A DNA stretch of 57,759 nt, filler included, from Diploschistes diacapsis (taxonomy: Eukaryota): the NCBI GenBank assembly GCA_023645945.1. It is 4 parts of 4 records of this genome, joined end to end, with 100 filler letters (N's around TTAATTAATTAA, not from the genome) between each part and the next. Parts side by side here need not be neighbours in the genome. Positions count along the whole stretch, not along the records: positions 1 to 31,824 come from JALAIB010000113.1; positions 31,925 to 40,470 come from JALAIB010001133.1; 2 more parts are not named here. One strand, given 5' to 3'. Every line of letters starts with the position of its first letter. Position 1 is the first letter of the stretch. A model generated the notes under the pieces. The model saw only the letters and a list, made by a program, of their open reading frames with translations, did no database searches and was not told the origin of the DNA. The position numbers and the translations under genes were made by a program. Of the stretch, positions 24,601 to 35,002 are shown one piece after another.

Positions 24601-24815
24601 TCCCCAAAAAGATGCTCACGGAGACTTTGGCGGAGCTGTCGTCGACTCATGTTCTCGTCGAGCCCAGCCGAAAGCCCTGGGGATGATTGCTTGGAGGATA
24701 GGGAAGAGCTGAAATCGACCCTTGTTTCGAGAAAGCCGGAGGGGTTAGTCGACGTGAGAGTACGGGGCTTTGAAAGCCGATAACGAGGCTCGGAACACAT
24801 CGAAGCGACCACCAT
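21642..24815 (-). CDS. Large Ser/Pro/Arg-rich disordered protein with a distinctive Gly-rich C-terminal motif; function unknown
   Basis: Single ORF of more than 1050 codons, first ATG at 24815. N-terminal RLSKPRT, internal RRRSLMTPGLATR, C-terminal GRFDGGLNYGYEPGCGVGGSAGTR...ASRKSVEVSKGFGLDLSDIPIF. Confidence 0.8.
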   Translation of the reverse strand: MVVASMCSEPRYRLSKPRTLTSTNPSGFLETRVDFSSSLSSKQSSPGLSAGLDENMSRRQLRQSLREHLFGDESTSNMGDASDEDDSRDVTDTARAVRRRLSRSGTAISKRASLRRSLNALNRSSTTQLIDFALEPEDEQEVVSKIKQKAYRDKLASLNQPLHTTIEDDGVQETIISPIRRRSLMTPGLATRNPTDMLAKPPVPRMPVVETEDEYYYNRTLSETSPLTRLAALDLADELVHPDARSATPVDVDYGNLGGLGALRVTNGVASPIPSIRSTTSADPRDQTEYFSLPHLRHLAHRPSLLRLQEVRRSGEFADGFREYAKRQSGEISRCDSKYSASHRPSSRRGGLCHDSPAASLAPQLELQHGQVKPHLPKFRFDRTSLIAENYMLDLSDNPFTIEVSTKPNEVDDDLFEDRGWKHKSSLQDVNLYDGDNALREGGQVQDALVGSFDEPSKYGRGLRQQEIGTHGKTLHSETTKPDSGYSSGSSLRSVKQLLRDDREERNERPDSVAALSTPAVITNPSLVTLTRPQLTAMPTTTTKSSLLTWSYQNSSETIPTVLSTDTVNSEPSARSKRLQKPRPRSQPPPANRIAIQSHLDITAASFIPPVPLDIAERNARRLQDLPPLNHTLPSVDHEKVGPETKRSPPLSAPLRFPTPTLEDTSPTQGHVSRKARRSSVRRSLLASSKSQHRSSYELGTTSDYSETIATLGDVTQSLGTSPYDAAFLSQSRRTQAARTKTQGSHHQISPSMPRTKSSIGMNDYEAAEVSKMRAMYKRSSLEAPFVSSRPPSPAKPGGRQFNDRGGIPGKMPRLEPMHRDRPPLPPIPVTVQVQMRQAQLTQPLCESDGQQRPAPRKAHSMIIPPSSFDHPEQPVVDWSAPRDAWATHRRLAGEALTDASFPTGTNAQTLRPTPPSRNSLPSPRRDEPPPNRSRVDTVRTEERTSPVRCTPPPGAHETLTFAQLYEDSCATSRRSVSATAEAEQRPDNLKTPAATVAWLSGRFDGGLNYGYEPGCGVGGSAGTRTLANKASRKSVEVSKGFGLDLSDIPIFISPSY

Positions 24816-25915
24816 AGCTCTGGTCGAGGCCGTTGGTAGCGGCGAATCAGCCGAGAGCCCAGAAGAGCGCCAGACCACCCAGTGTATAAAGAAAGCCTAG
24901 ACAGATGGGAAGAAGGAAGCCATGGTGGCGGACAATGATCAAATTTCCACGTTATCTTCTCCGAAATGAATTCTTGATTCCACGTACTGAGACAGGATCC
25001 GCGCTAGCAACAAAGATAAGCTCCGGAATCAGCAAAAGACGGCGACGTGATTGGCGCAACGCGAGTGTACAATTCAGACACTCTCAGTTTCTCGGAAGAG
25101 CACAGCAGCAACAATATGCCAAACAGGACACGTTGAGGTTGGTATAGAGGAAAAATGAGGGAGGCCGTTTCTGGAGAATGGCATCTGAGAAATGAAGAGG
25201 AGGAGGACGACTATGGCGTAGATGGAGGGTGAAACAAGGACAGTGCACACCTTAGTAGGAAGAGGAAGAGGGAGAGGAAGAGGAAACTCCCGTGTGGTTG
25301 GCTGGAGTGCACATCTTGGGTCGTATCTGCCAGATTACTACGAAGTACGTTGTTAGTGGGAGGGAGGTTGAGGTTGTCAGAGCAATCACGGATCCTTTGG
25401 CCGTGGTAGGGAAGCTGCCAAGTAACTTAGTAAATCGGGTCACTTGTGGGGGTGTCATTGGGGGTACGACCGCATGCGCCACAGTCAGCCCTAGCAACTA
25501 GCAACTCACTAGCCACCACTAGCCACTGTATCTGTATCTTTAGTCACCAGCGATGGGCGATGGAGGCGGGGAAAAGCGTCAGTGAGTAAGTGTATAATGA
25601 GGTCATTGGCCAATTGCTTTTCCATTTGTACGAGAGATCAGCCACCAGCCACCAACCACCACACAGGTCCCACCACCACCACCGCAGTAAAAAGTAAAAG
25701 GAGCTCGGGAGGTCTCCACCCCACCTTCGCGTCACTGTGGCAGTGCTTGTGGCGGTGCACTCGTTCTTGCCTTCCGTTGATTGACAGTCGTATAAGCCGC
25801 TTTCGTAAAATCCATGCGTACCTATGGAAGTACTACGAGGTCCGAGTCCGTAGGTAGAGAACAGTTCCAAGGAAACATTCACCGAGCTTGCTCAAATAAC
25901 CTTCTCACGAAACGA

Positions 25916-26911
25916 ATGTCACCTGAGGCTAGCGGTGATGCCATGCTGATGGAGGAATTACCGTTCATTACGTGGACCGAATTCTCTTCCGCATGCCAAC
26001 AGCTGGAAGCAGCTTCGAGACAAATAGACAAGCATGACTTTCAGGTACAGGTCTATGGAGAGGAGCCAAGTGTCGGTCACCAAGGCAGGAAAGATGCTCC
26101 TTGGGTAAGCTCCAGTCGTATTGCTACAATAATCTTGAAAGTAGACCAGGGCTCACGAGGCTTTGACCAGGGGTTTGACCGGTTCCTCAAGATCAGACGA
26201 ACATTTACCACCAGCCCCGTACCACAACCGACGTGCGCTTCTCCAGACGAGGCCGGTCTCGAGGTTGACGAGGAGACGGATAGTGTGCGTATTTTGTGGA
26301 TGAGATTGGAAGCTTTGTTGCTCATGCAGGTCATCGCTCATCAGTCCAGAATGTCATCTACCCTACGAAGCCAGACTCTGAGGAACTCATCGTTGAATAT
26401 GATATTGTTCTCTCCAAAGTTTACCGTGTGCCTGTGCTCTATGTCCATCTCCCTGATGAAGCTGGGAGCGGAATCTTGGGTATGGAATTCATACACCAAC
26501 ATCTCATAGCGAAATCTCTGGCACCAAATTTGGATCAAATGGGCATCATGGGCGGAGTCACGATGACTGTAGGCTCTCAACGACTGTGAGAACAATCTCG
26601 ATAGCCATGGCTGAGCGTCCACAGAATCATCCGATGACCGACGTGCCGTGTTTCTTCGTCCATCCTTGCAGAACGGCAGATGCGCTGCGGGAAATCATGG
26701 GTCCCAGAAAAGTGTCCGAGCTTGAATATCTGCTAACATGGATTGGCCTGATTGGCGCAAGCGTCGGCTTGAATCTGCCCAAGGAGTTGGCTATTCAGTA
26801 CACAAGAAACCAACGTAGCAAATTACCTGGTGAGCCATTTACTCCTGTACCTCGACTCTCTTTACCCGGCCAGGACGAGTGTCTGATCGAGTTGATACTG
26901 CAGATACTTGA
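25916..26911 (+). CDS. ATG10: Autophagy E2-like conjugating enzyme Atg10; probably 5 exons
   Basis: EYDIVLSKVYRVPVLY and NHPMTDVPCFFVHPCRTADAL (catalytic HPC), then YLLTWIGLIG. A last intron at 26830-26903 (GTGAGC..CTGAT..CAG) gives TGA at 26909-26911. Unspliced, the frame would run to 27068. Confidence 0.88.
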
Positions 26912-26934
26912 TGAGTCTGGCCAGCTAGAACCAG

Positions 26935-27643
26935 TTACTCCTCGTCCGACGAGGCTTCCATGGAAACATCCGATTCTTCTTCCATTGGTGCCTCCTCCTC
27001 ATCACTCTCTTCTTCTCTCCTACGTTTCACTCCCTGGGGTCCCTCGTCGCTTGTTTTGGTCCCATTGATGGTAGGATCAGCAGGTTTGGCTGGGAGGGCA
27101 ATGGTTTCAGTAGCAGTGGTGGCTGCTGGTGCGCTAAAGAGCGACTGCCGTGCATCAGGTGCCGTGGCTTCTGCGGCAGCAGCCTGGGGTCGGTATACAC
27201 CCTCTAGTTTCTGGAATACATTCGACCTGCCCTTGGCGTACTGGATTTTCTGTCCATCGTAAGCTCCTCAATGTTGGCTATGGTGTGATACTGGCTTACC
27301 AATTCCTTGCCGAAGAAGTCAAAACCCTGAAGGGCTCTCATAGCCTGTGTGCTCGTTGAAACATCACGGAAAACTACATGCGCCTGGCCACGCATTTTCT
27401 TCGTCTTCATCGCAACCACATCAAGGACCGGACCGTAAGTGGAGAAGAGCGTATACAAGGATAGTCGGAGGTCAGGTTTGTAGAGTTTGTCTGGGAGGTT
27501 TGTGATGTATAGACTGTTTGAAGAATGTCAATCTTGTCACTGCATCCTGATCGTTCGAGTACGCACCTCGCGCTTGGGCTTTCCAAAGGGGTGCCCGTCT
27601 TGGGAGGTGGCCCGTTGTGGGCTGGCAAAGCTTTTGAGGCCAT
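26935..27643 (-). CDS. MSL1: U2 snRNP B''/U1A-family single-RRM protein (Msl1-like); 3 exons
   Basis: LYITNLPDKLYKPDLRLSLYTLFSTYGPVLDVVAMKTKKMRGQAHVVF...ALQGFDFFGKEL|KIQYAKGRS with an acidic tail. The loop DVVAMKTKKMRGQA is closer to U2B'' than to U1A. Confidence 0.88.
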
Positions 27644-28353
27644 GGAGTAGCTGTTGGTCAACGAACAGCCATGAACAGCTTTCGGAGAATGGCAGGTTTG
27701 GATTCGCGCAAGGAAAGGACGTGTGCGTAATGTCTCTCGGATGAGAACACCACAGGAATATTGTATATACTGCAAGATTGAAGTGGGAGAGCTTTGCCAA
27801 GGATGTCAGTGCAGGGGAGGTAGGGCTGACAATTTCAATTTGCGCACACGCTAGATGTAAGCTAAAAAGCTTGGCAGGCACAGTATATATATTTAGAGAG
27901 GGTGCGGAGCAGCTGGTGCTCCTGAGTTCAAAGGGAGTTAGTTAATTTGACTGAAACGTTAGCGCAGCATAGTACTATAGCCGGTAATATTATATTTGGA
28001 AATATTATTATCCTCAATTTCTATTGTAGCTTATGTTATTCCACCCTCTAGGCGCTTTTCTGGCTCATGCTAGGTGGGCTTGACAGCTAAATCCAGTTTA
28101 ACTGATTAAAATGCCTCAGTGTCTTTAAGATATATGCTTCCTATCCAAAATCCAAAGATTTAGGCTAAAGGTAATAAACGGATCGTTTCTGGTCTGAATA
28201 CATACACTACTCTCGGCGGTAGCCGTTGTCGGATGCCTTGTCCCCCACCATAGTATACTTTCACTTCTCATATCCATCGCCTTTGCACAAGAAAGAGGCT
28301 TTGGCGCTCCAGAACGGTAGTAGAGAGCTACTCCTACCGCAGGTTCTTCCGCC

Positions 28354-29603
28354 ATGGCTAATCCGGAAGTTCATCTCCTGTTCCATCACCCAATTGCGGA
28401 TCATTCTTTCTCGGCGGACAAGGACATCTTAGCAGTGGCACGTGATAACAATGTCGAGCTTTATAAGAAATCCGGAAGCAAGTTCACACTTCAGGATGAA
28501 TTGAAAGGACACGACAAGACTGTAACTAGTGTTGATATAGCTCCGCAGACCGGCCGTATTGTCACCTGCTCTCAAGGTATGTAGTTCCAGTAATCTCAAT
28601 GTAACAATATCCAAAAGTTTATTGTATCCAGATCGCAACGCTTATGTCTGGGAACCGTCGCCCTCCGGCTGGAAGCCGACTCTTGTTCTTTTACGCATCA
28701 ACCGTGCTGCTACCTTTGTGCGGTGGTCCCCTTCTGAAAAGAAGTTTGCCGTTGGATCTGGGGCACGTGTGATTGCGGTATGCTACTTCGAAGAAGAGAA
28801 TGATTGGTGGGTGTCGAAGCACTTGAAAAAGCCAATAAGAAGCACTATCACGACAGTGGCATGGCATCCCAACTCTGTCCTCTTAGCCGCCGGCTCCACG
28901 GACTCGCATGCTAGAGTCTTCTCGTCGTTCATCAAAGGTGTTGACGAACGGCCAGAGCCAAGCGTCTGGGGAGAGAGGCTGCCGTTCAATACCGTCTGCG
29001 GTGAATATCTCAACAACTCTGTAGGATGGGTGCATGGCTGCGCTTTCTCGCCGAGTGGTAACACCCTAGCTTTTACCGCACATGACAGCAGTATTACGGT
29101 AGTCTACCCCAGTGGGCCCGAGCAGCCGCCCCTTGCTGTCATCAGCATCAGCACCCAGCTCTTGCCTTTCATGAGCTTGGTATGGAATGGCGAGAGTGAA
29201 ATTATTGCGGCGGGCTATGTAAGAGCTGCGTCGGTCTCGGCAGCGTCCAAACTGATATTCTCTGTAGGACTGTGAAGCGTATCGGTTCCAAGGCAATGAA
29301 CAGGGGTGGCAGATCACCGGCTCGCTAGAATCAAAGGGACGTCCGGGATTGGACGGCCACCGGGAAGAATCCGCTTTGAATATGTTCAAGCAGATGGATC
29401 TGCGTGGCAAAGTGCAAAACGATACCCAGTTGAAAACGGTCCATCAGAACACCGTTTCGACTGTTCGTGAATACGAACGGGCGGGAGGAACTTTACGAAA
29501 GTTCAGTAGTATGTTTGATACTTCATCGCGTATTGCACATTGCCGCTGCTAACGCTCGACAGCCAGCGGCGTTGATGGACGTGTTGTGATATGGTCCGCA
29601 TAG
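28354..29603 (+). CDS. ARC40: Arp2/3 complex subunit ARPC1/Arc40 (WD40); 4 exons
   Basis: HDKTVTSVDIAP..RIVTCSQ|DRNAYVW, WKPTLVLLRINRAATFVRWSP, EENDWWVSKHLKKPIRST, TVHQNT, SGVDGRVVIWSA*. Confidence 0.97.
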
Positions 29604-30635
29604 CCTATCCACAGCAGCATGAAAGTGGATGAGAGGGAATCTGTCCAGCAATGCCTGTGATAATTATTGATAATCGAAGGTCCAATACATGAAATCTCAT
29701 CAATAAGTGTCACACCACCTTCATCCGCTTATCAACAGAACAGAGGAAAGTGCTACCATGCGGCACTCTAGCAACTGAGTCAGGGTATTGGCTCACCATA
29801 TGGCTACCTCTTTTAAAACAATATCCCTCTATAGATCTTGCGTTTGGACTTGATTGGGTTGCGATACCATTCGCAGAGTAATATATTTGTAGCACTGGGG
29901 AGGCCTTTGCTGTTTGTTCTGGAAGACGCTTTTTGTTCACTTTTCACATTAATTATCTCGCATAATCAACTTGGGCATACCGCTCAGGAGCCCGTACCTC
30001 GCAGGAAAGATCTCATGTCCCAGTCGCTCTTCTTCTTTGTCTAATCATCTCATCGCTTCCCTGGCTTTGCAATAACATATCTGTCTCTCACGCATGCCCC
30101 ATTGGTCATCATGGCAGGAAATTTCAAGATATGCTGAAGGTCACATGCTACACGTCTTGAGCCGCAGAGAACCTACGGGGCTCTCATCTCCCTCGACAGA
30201 AACCGGGAGCGAATGTTCGCGTTTGGTCGGTATGGTGAGCAAATGGATCCTCCCTTTTACCAATGGGCCGATCCTTGTTGCTCTTTTCCAGGCTGCACCT
30301 TACAAGTACGGTTTTTCTTCTCGAGACATAGGTCCTAACCTCTTCAAACTTGCAAACATTGATTTCTGGCATCAGCCATATTCGCAGGCTTGAGCGATTA
30401 AAGTTAGCTAGGAAATCAAGCAGTCGTTGAAGCACCTCGATCGATAAGACTAGTCTTTTTCCTCACAGCAAGTTCTTTACCTCAAATCAGGCTACCCTCC
30501 CGTATCGTCGGTCTGTTCGAGGTTCGAAGGCTTTGGGTACAATACCATATTGGCTCAGAAGCAGTTCAATTGAAGGTAATCTATGAGGACCCTGCTATTA
30601 CATCTTTGATTAAGCTTTTCTTATTAGCATTACAG

Positions 30636-31496
30636 ATGCCCTCTTCTTTAATTGCATTGCCGAATACTCCTGACGAAGATGAGCCTTCTGATGTCATGCC
30701 CATTGCTCAGGCATCTGGTTCATCGGTACCTGCCTTACGTGCCCCAACGGCCATGGGACGTTTCGGGAAATTACCTATCGAACTTATGGCCATGATCCTC
30801 CGTATTCTCCACCTTTGTTGTGCAATCTACATCGATATGGACGACTCGGAAAAGTTGCGGTACGTATGTGTGTCGTTCGAGTGCGCCTGCTCAGTCTGGA
30901 AACTTGGTGCATCACTCGAGCACATTAGTCTCCTCGCCCGAGCCAAATATTACAAACCAAGTTCGCCGTGGTCGGTATATGAGACTCACCGTCTGAATCC
31001 GGCCAGATATCTCTATGACCGATCCCGCTTGCACTGCCTCCATGAACCTTGTGGTCACAGGGGTTTTCTAGCCTTATGCTCTCTCGCTCGTACTTCCCAC
31101 CGACTACGCAACGCAACTCTCCCCTTCCAATACGGGTCGGCCGGCCGCGGTGGCCTTGATATAACGTTCATCACACCATTAGCCTTCGGTATCTTTGTCA
31201 CGAAGCTCACCAACGGAGCAAGGAGAATGTTCACGGCGTTGAAAATCTTCAATATCTGTTCACAGCCGTGGAAGGGGGCAATCATGAGGCGCCTCAACCA
31301 CGTCGCATTATTGAGAAACCTCAATACCATCACTCTGCGACTCGATGAGCCTGGAATACCGGAGATGAGCGGAAAAGTCCTGCGCAAAGTACTGAACGGC
31401 CTGACTTTCCATGGTTTGCAAGTGGCAAACTCACGGCCAGTCGCGGACATCCTCGCGGAGGCGAAGGCGGGCGAAGGCCATTACCCAGTACTATAG
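30636..31496 (+). CDS. Hypothetical protein with an F-box-like motif
   Basis: Open frame of about 287 codons from ATG 30636. FGKLPIELMAMILRIL and LCSLARTSHRLR resemble split fungal F-box helices. The CAG just before the ATG could instead be a splice acceptor. Confidence 0.5.
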   Translation: MPSSLIALPNTPDEDEPSDVMPIAQASGSSVPALRAPTAMGRFGKLPIELMAMILRILHLCCAIYIDMDDSEKLRYVCVSFECACSVWKLGASLEHISLLARAKYYKPSSPWSVYETHRLNPARYLYDRSRLHCLHEPCGHRGFLALCSLARTSHRLRNATLPFQYGSAGRGGLDITFITPLAFGIFVTKLTNGARRMFTALKIFNICSQPWKGAIMRRLNHVALLRNLNTITLRLDEPGIPEMSGKVLRKVLNGLTFHGLQVANSRPVADILAEAKAGEGHYPVL

Positions 31497-31824
31497 GCAC
31501 ATGTCGAGATAGCACGGTACTAGCCCAATGACCAGAAGAAATAGTTGCAATAATTCTGCAATAGCCCTTGTGTAAGAAAGGCGTGATTAGTTTTGTAGTT
31601 CTCTCATGTGCCGCATTCGCAGTCGTAAGAAACGCTAGATCAAAACTTTCCTTGGAGTGAGGCGAGAACGTTTATTCTCAGACCGAGAAAAGAAAACAGC
31701 ACAACAACTCCCAGCCCCGGGTCACAAAAATCCAAACAGGAGGCCAAAGCCCAGACCTCAAACGAGACTCCTCCAACCCAAGCACATAGGAAGAACTATC
31801 CTCAATCCCCCCCCCCTCCTCGCT

Positions 31825-31924
31825 NNNNNNNNNNNNNNNNNNNNNNNNNNNNNNNNNNNNNNNNNNNNTTAATTAATTAANNNNNNNNNNNNNNNNNNNN
31901 NNNNNNNNNNNNNNNNNNNNNNNN
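31825..31924. other. Assembly spacer N44-TTAATTAATTAA-N44
   Basis: The 12-mer puts stop codons in all six frames, and the same 100-nt construct occurs three times. Confidence 0.98.
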
Positions 31925-32846
31925 ACCGAAGAAGTACTGGATCCAACTCCGGTTGACCGTCATGCTGGCGACGTCGCCGAGGATGGCGATGTAGGCGGCG
32001 GTCTCGCCGAAGCTGAAGATGACGCCGACGTCGCTGAGGTTGAAGGTTGGATTGGTGGCGTTGGAGGTGTACATGCGGGCCAGGCGGGCGTTGGCGGCCT
32101 GCTGGAGGTTGATAAGGTCGCTGGTGAAGTAGGCGGCGGTCTGGTCGAAGGTGGCTTGGTTGAAGTCGTGGTTGTCGCCGAAGTAAGCGTCGAGGCGGCT
32201 GCGGGTCAGGGTGCTTAGCTCTGATCTTCTGTGGGAAGAAGGGGTACGGGGACGTTTGTTGAGTGGAGAAGGTTGGAGGTTGTGAAATCAGGGAATTGGA
32301 TGAATCAGTCAGAAGGAGTTTGGTGTCGATGAGGGAGGATTTCGATTTAGCGATGGAGAAGGGTGGGAAGGACATACCTCAAGCTCCCATCATGTTCCAA
32401 GATGTTGTGACGGTTGAGATCATCAAGGTCCAGGATGGACGCGTTGGGATATCCAGGCACGGTCGTGAGAGCGAAGTCGAAGAGTTCCGCAGCAAGCGAC
32501 TCGTTGATGTTGAGATACGTCTTGAAGGCGCTGCTCAGCTGGCTTTCGGTAATGTTCTTGCCGTTGTGGTTGAGGAAGCCATGGTTTGCCTTGGTCAGTT
32601 AGAAAGGAATCCCCCACATCTCGCAAGAAGGCAGGCTGCCTTACGAGAGTATTCAGCATAGGACAGGGCGCACGTGCTGTATACAATTAGCAAATCTGTC
32701 ATGGTTGAACCCGGTGCATGGCTGATAATACAATCGCCCGGACCCGCTGGCTTCCAGTGGGCGTAGGGATCATTCCTTGCTGCCAGCGAGGGCATAGCGA
32801 GCGTCTCGCCGACGAGGAAAAGACCAGAGAAGAAGGCGAGCTTCAT
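31925..32846 (-). CDS. Secreted heme-thiolate peroxidase / short-type unspecific peroxygenase (chloroperoxidase family); 3' end lost in the gap
   Basis: Signal peptide MKLAFFSGLFLVGETLA, then WKPAGPGD|SRAPCPMLNTL|ANHGFL (heme-ligating PCP), HNILEHDGSL|SRLDAYFGDNHDFN (EHD-S motif) and FSFGETAAY. Confidence 0.93.
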
Positions 32847-35002
32847 GATGACTATTCTTTCAATTCAAGCAACCTTAATTATTAAGAGAAATCAATAAGC
32901 CACGAGCACCACGAGCCTCTCCATAAGAACAGCGCAGCCGGACACTTTTATATCTCTCGCTTCAAACCCCTTCACCTCCGCCAGTTCTATGGAACCCTGC
33001 TCTTGGGATCCTTCCAAGGGGGCAGTCGGAGCCGAAAAGTATCCCCAATTGCACGGCCGAACATGCAACATGCACGATGTCTCCCTGGACGCGTAAGTCA
33101 GCTTGCAATGCCTGGAGAGCCCCCAGTAGAGCAAGTAATTACCGCAAGCTTGATTGGTGCGTTCGCAAAGATGCCCCAAGCCCCTTCGTATGGTATGGTA
33201 TGGTATGGTATGGTCGTAGGTAGATGCAGGGCTTGGCAGCAACATTCGGGGTTAGGTAGCTGAGGTTCCATTTGACAAGGAAACGGCGTTATCGGTGGTT
33301 GTTTGTGATGACTCGACGTTGCAGTCAAGTTGTATGACAGCTTTGCGATTGGCTGGCGGTACGAGAGAGTACGAGAGCACAAGATAGAAATCGTGGAGTT
33401 CTTGTCATTCGGTCTAGCTAGGTTCGGTTCGAGCTTGTTGATCCCAGGTACACACAGATTACATGTACCTGGAAGGTCTAAGTGTACCTACCTGTCGCGA
33501 GAACTTCCACGAGCTTGAGTGTAGATAATAGACTACTGAAGAGTGTTGAAACATGAAGAAGGATAGTTAATCTTTAGTGCTAAGTAAGCCCTTTCGCGGT
33601 CAGGCTTAATAGTCTGAGGGGCGGAAGGTGCGTATCTTGGCAATACAAATCTCAACATCTTTAATATGGGGGAAGAATATTTTGCCATTTGTCTATTGAA
33701 TGCACTAAATATTATAAATCTTAAAATATAACCGTCGATCGAATCCGACTCGATTTTGATCCAAAGTCCTGACTATCGCGTGGCCTTTTTGAAGCATTTC
33801 ATATCGGAGATATTCTCTAGGGGGGTATAATAAGGCCCCGAGAAAGCTCCGTAGGGGGTCTGAAAGGTACTGAGGAATTCACAATCTGGAGAAATCGTAG
33901 ACAAGGGTGACGGTAGCGTCGGGAGCGGCGTTGGGAGTGCTGGGGGTGCTGGAGGTGCTGGCGTAGGTGGCGCTAGCGCTGGGTAGGTATGGCGGCGACG
34001 GTGGTAATGGGGCTGAGAGTGCATGAGCTGCTGAAGTAGACCTTGATTATAATCGAAAGGTCTAAGTGCGCTGCCGAATGCGCTGTTTTAATAGCTTCGA
34101 AAAGGTGCTGATACTTACATGTTAAATAGACTGGATTAGCGCAAAATTATGCAAAATGTTTTTAAATTTTGGAAGCAAAAGTCAAACAGCAAGACTTTAT
34201 GATTCAGCATTAATCCACAAGGGCTTAAAGGCCTGGAGCATGCTATAACAATGGGAGCTTCTAGAACGCCCGTTGGGACATTCCATTGGAAAATGCCTCG
34301 ATTGAAGTTCGCTAGTCAGCTAGTGCAGTACGGGTACAGCCCCCTCAGGTGCCCTACGTGGCGCCTCGTTGCGGGATATTTGGTGTCAGAAGAAGATGGG
34401 ATAAGGGTATGTAAACTTGACGTTCGATGTTTATCCGTTATCGGATCAAACCCCGAAAGACGTCGTGCTTCAGCATGGAAAACTATTGTAGACTTGCGCC
34501 TCCCCTTCTTCCTGGGGCGGTGTGTAGCAAGGCAACCACGCAACCCTTGATTTTGATTTCCGATACACGTGAATCCAGTACAATAGGACAACCGAGAGCA
34601 GAGATTGAAAGAAAAGATGAATGTGCTTGCTGTATATAACTACAATCATGCTTGCAGTCGCAGAAACGAAATCGCTTCCTTATGCCCCGTAATCGTGCAA
34701 TTAGATTCCTGTCCTATATTCGCTCACGAGGCTGGGTATCGTCCCTTTACCAAAACGCCAATATCCGACCCCTACAAACTCATGGAGCAGCATTGTCATG
34801 ACATGCTGTATCTGAAACAAGCTCGGTGGGACGAAGTGTCCGTGTTTCGAGCCGTGATGACGATCCTCAAACGGGGCGCTAGATCGCAAGCAAAATCTGA
34901 CTTGGCCCGTCTGATGGTCAAAGCTGGTATTACAACGCAGCAGAAACCGCGCATTGGGCATTCAGAGGTGCTAATACCGCACGGCTAGTAACCCCTCTCT
35001 CT

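Noticed and set aside
31869..31880. TTAATTAATTAA palindrome as a biological site (also 40515 and 49160)
   Set aside because: It is an artificial linker centred in the N runs.
33549..33563. 15-nt match AAACATGAAGAAGGA shared with 49356-49370
   Set aside because: About one such match is expected by chance in 58 kb, and the flanks do not align.
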